Positions 61,462 through 64,000 of a DNA stretch of 64,000 nucleotides are shown one piece after another. Origin of the DNA: a virus. The stretch spans positions 1 through 64,000 of IMG/VR virus record IMGVR_UViG_3300023174_003073. The stretch is one strand, 5' to 3'. Below the pieces are notes generated by a model that saw only the letters and a program-made list of their open reading frames with translations, was not told the DNA's origin and searched no databases. Position 1 is the stretch's first letter; each line of letters opens with the position of its first letter. A program made the position numbers and the translations under genes.

Positions 61462-63111
61462 TCAAGCCGATTTCAAGTGATTCGCAATGGCTTCTTGTTC
61501 TAATTCGGTTAATAATTCAGGATCGTATTCACCGGTGCTAATTTGGTCCATTAAGAATTGTAAGTACTTAGTATTACTTAAATAACTAGCAGTTGTATTT
61601 TTGTTAATGTCTATCCATTTTTCACCGTTACTCTTGTAAACACGATGTGGTATAGCATCAATGCGAATATGGGTGTCACCGATTTTTCCAATGTTGGCTA
61701 ATCCTTGACCAAAAGTAATTTTTACTTCTCTTGGATTATCTTCTTTGATAGCAAATAAGTCAGGACGCTTATCTTTTAGTACATGGGCACTCATTCTTTT
61801 ACCCTCGTACTCTACATAACCACCACCTAAATCTTTAAATCCTACAGTGGATCTTACATTTGGGTCAGCAAGTGCAGGACCGGTTTGTATCCATTTACCA
61901 GTTTTCAAATCCTTGATGCCCTCGTAGGGAGGAGTGTCATCAACAACTGTCTCTTCCTCTACTACATCAGTATTTTCTTTTAGTTCAGGAATAACTACCC
62001 AACTAGTTATCGGAGGCAAATCTTCTTCTACAACATCTTCAAGTATTTGATAGTCAATATACATATCAGGATATCCAGGAGAAGCTACAATATTCATAGA
62101 TTCTTCTGGTATGGTTACTTTGGTTACCAAATATCTAGGATCAGGATCAGTGAATTTGTTAGCTACATAATGTTCAGATGATTCAGGTTCTGGTTCAGAT
62201 GGGAAGGGCCATGTTGCTTTCGGTTCAGTTTCTGGGGCAGGGACTATATCAACTTTTTCTACTGGTTCATCCAATACTATGATTTCTTCTTTGGGAGGGA
62301 TGATAGCCATTGCATGTTTATCATCGCTAATTTTTTTATCCCAATCTTTACTTTGATTAGCCGCAATAACTAAAATAATAGCAAGAGGATCAAATACAAT
62401 AACAAGTAAAATAATTACCCAACGTACAGCACGTTCAAGTAAATTTGCATCAGGATTATCACCATAAATAAATGCCGCAATATATTTGATTGGACCTACT
62501 TCTGCTTCAACCTTACGAACTTCTGACGCAATAGGTGCTCGTTCTTCATTCAGTTTAGCAATTTTTGTTTGTTCGGCTGTAATCTCGTTTTGTAATCTAA
62601 CTCGTTCTTTTGCTTGTCCCCTACGAATAGACACTGCTTTGTCTGCACCTTTTTCTGAATCTGACCTTGCCATGACCTGATCCACAGCCTCATCCATTTG
62701 TTTAAGTGCCTTACGATTAGCCTCAATATTTTCTTTTGCTGTTTTAATCTTCTCATCTAGTATTTGTACTTTGGCAATACTATTTCCACCTGCAACACTT
62801 TGGTCCAAGTGTGCTTTAGATAAGAAACCAAAGATACCCATACTTGTTAGTAATGCGAGTGCTATAACAGCAGGTACAAGATATACCTTCATTATCCATG
62901 TACAACGATACCAATACTTACGCAACCACACTGTTGTAGTGATTTTTGCAAGTTCAAGTGCTGAACCCATAATGATAATAGGTACAACCGCACCAGCAAA
63001 GATAGCGGTTAGACCGACAATACTATACCAAGCGGCGATAGTACTAAGTGATAATGCCACTAACAATGTGGCATTACTGAATGAAAAAATTGATAAAAAT
63101 CGTGTGAACAT
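61462..63111 (-). CDS. Membrane protein with coiled coil and acidic Pro-rich tail
   Basis: N-terminal TM segments, TSMGIFGFLSKAH, EVGPIKYIA, VFDPLAI. Confidence 0.8.
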   Translation of the reverse strand: MFTRFLSIFSFSNATLLVALSLSTIAAWYSIVGLTAIFAGAVVPIIIMGSALELAKITTTVWLRKYWYRCTWIMKVYLVPAVIALALLTSMGIFGFLSKAHLDQSVAGGNSIAKVQILDEKIKTAKENIEANRKALKQMDEAVDQVMARSDSEKGADKAVSIRRGQAKERVRLQNEITAEQTKIAKLNEERAPIASEVRKVEAEVGPIKYIAAFIYGDNPDANLLERAVRWVIILLVIVFDPLAIILVIAANQSKDWDKKISDDKHAMAIIPPKEEIIVLDEPVEKVDIVPAPETEPKATWPFPSEPEPESSEHYVANKFTDPDPRYLVTKVTIPEESMNIVASPGYPDMYIDYQILEDVVEEDLPPITSWVVIPELKENTDVVEEETVVDDTPPYEGIKDLKTGKWIQTGPALADPNVRSTVGFKDLGGGYVEYEGKRMSAHVLKDKRPDLFAIKEDNPREVKITFGQGLANIGKIGDTHIRIDAIPHRVYKSNGEKWIDINKNTTASYLSNTKYLQFLMDQISTGEYDPELLTELEQEAIANHLKSA

Positions 63112-63144
63112 TTGAGTATTTATTCGGGTTTATATGTCATAGTA

Positions 63145-63366
63145 TTATAACACTTTGCCCAAGCAATTCCAAATCAATTGGTCTAGTTCAGCTTGATAAT
63201 CTTTACCAAGTCTACGTTTTTCATATATGGCTTCAAGCATTTCTTTACCATCACCATAATCGGCACCAGCACCACGATTTTCTAATTCTTCAATTAGGTC
63301 ATCTGTTTCAAAATCACTGAGGTCAACATCAACTTCAACCTCAGTGTAAATGGTCTTATATGTCAT
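63145..63366 (-). CDS. Hypothetical protein
   Basis: EVEVDVDLSDF.TDDL.EELE.RG. Confidence 0.7.
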   Translation of the reverse strand: MTYKTIYTEVEVDVDLSDFETDDLIEELENRGAGADYGDGKEMLEAIYEKRRLGKDYQAELDQLIWNCLGKVL

Positions 63367-63556
63367 TATCTTCTCCAAATAAATGTTTGTAATTGCTCAT
63401 AAATTCTTTGTGTTGCATAACCAATTTTCTAGGTAGACTAGAGTTCATTGAAATTAAATAATGCACCCATAATCCATCTTCTCTTGGCTTAACTTGAATC
63501 ACTTCAATTCTACCACCATCTTCAAATGTATATGATTTTCCTACTAGATTACTCAT
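63356..63556 (-). CDS. Hypothetical protein
   Basis: LPRKLVM; coupled ORF. Confidence 0.7.
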   Translation of the reverse strand: MSNLVGKSYTFEDGGRIEVIQVKPREDGLWVHYLISMNSSLPRKLVMQHKEFMSNYKHLFGEDNDI

Positions 63557-64000
63557 CGGCTCTATCTATTGATTCTGTATGTGCGGCACATTCTGGGCAG
63601 ATACCTTCTTTGTAACAATCGTTTTCTACACCACTCCAACCACATTCAGTACATTGGATAGTATGTGTCATTAGTTCATCAAACTCACGTTTGAGTTCTT
63701 CTAATGCCTCTTCTAGGTCTGCTTGTGATACAGTATCATCTTCTTCACGACTATCAAACATTACCCAACCATCTTGACATGTAGGGCAAAAGAGTTGTCC
63801 ATTCAATTCAGGAAGTTCGCTTTCTTTGTGCATTGCCTCACAACTGAAACAAGGAACTTCTTCTTCATTGTCTTTGGCTTCTTGTGCCCAACGTGCCTCA
63901 CGTTCTTTATTTTCTAGTTCTTCTTTAATACCAACTTCTGTTAGTTCAGTATCACTATCACACATTGGACAAATATCTTTATCACTATGTGATTCTTCTT
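63549..64000 (-). CDS. Multi-Zn-ribbon protein, 5' end outside the window
   Basis: Frame stays open to the edge (EESHSDKDICPMCD...); CxxC pairs CPMC, CFSC, CPTC, CTEC, CPEC. Confidence 0.75.
   Translation of the reverse strand, partial: EESHSDKDICPMCDSDTELTEVGIKEELENKEREARWAQEAKDNEEEVPCFSCEAMHKESELPELNGQLFCPTCQDGWVMFDSREEDDTVSQADLEEALEELKREFDELMTHTIQCTECGWSGVENDCYKEGICPECAAHTESIDRADE

Noticed and set aside
1-64000. Genome-wide stop-codon reassignment
   Set aside because: Conserved genes (dnaK, clpX, clpP, AAA ATPase, radical SAM) are full length in code 11. TAG, TGA and TAA all end plausible genes, and no tRNA with a CTA or TCA anticodon was found.

Overview
This is a 64-kb segment of a large, AT-rich, T4-like or jumbo tailed phage genome, not a bacterial chromosome. 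It has dense small ORFs, repeated sigma70-type early promoters, TAAATA late-promoter motifs and a tail-fibre-like gene. The DnaK, ClpX and IscA sequences look proteobacterial, probably betaproteobacterial (inference, no search run). Positions 1-12.2 kb hold a cluster of 21 CCA-ending tRNAs plus one truncated tRNA. These are interleaved with modification-type enzymes (2OG oxygenases, B12 radical SAM, methyltransferases, PP-loop, Rieske), rpoZ, a parvulin and several unassigned structured non-coding elements. Positions 14-18 kb hold rubrerythrin, rubredoxin, a DUF2828/vWA (Ro60/TROVE-like) protein flanked by co-varying CAGCAA RNA hairpins, and two phosphatases. Positions 19-30 kb and 49-52 kb are early regions built from repeated promoter cassettes. 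Positions 30-64 kb are mostly on the minus strand: tail fibre, two IscA/ErpA genes, a capsid-targeted GNAT-LysM-GH19 polyprotein, SOD, IF-1, nucleotide enzymes and a proteostasis cluster (clpX, rpsU, dnaK, hsp20, clpS, clpP) with ROSE-like thermometer leaders. The best candidate for an undescribed system is the Ro60-like protein with its putative Y-like CAGCAA RNAs, possibly linked to a family of long-stem ncRNA cassettes in the tRNA cluster. All calls come from reading the sequence by eye; no database search or folding program was run.
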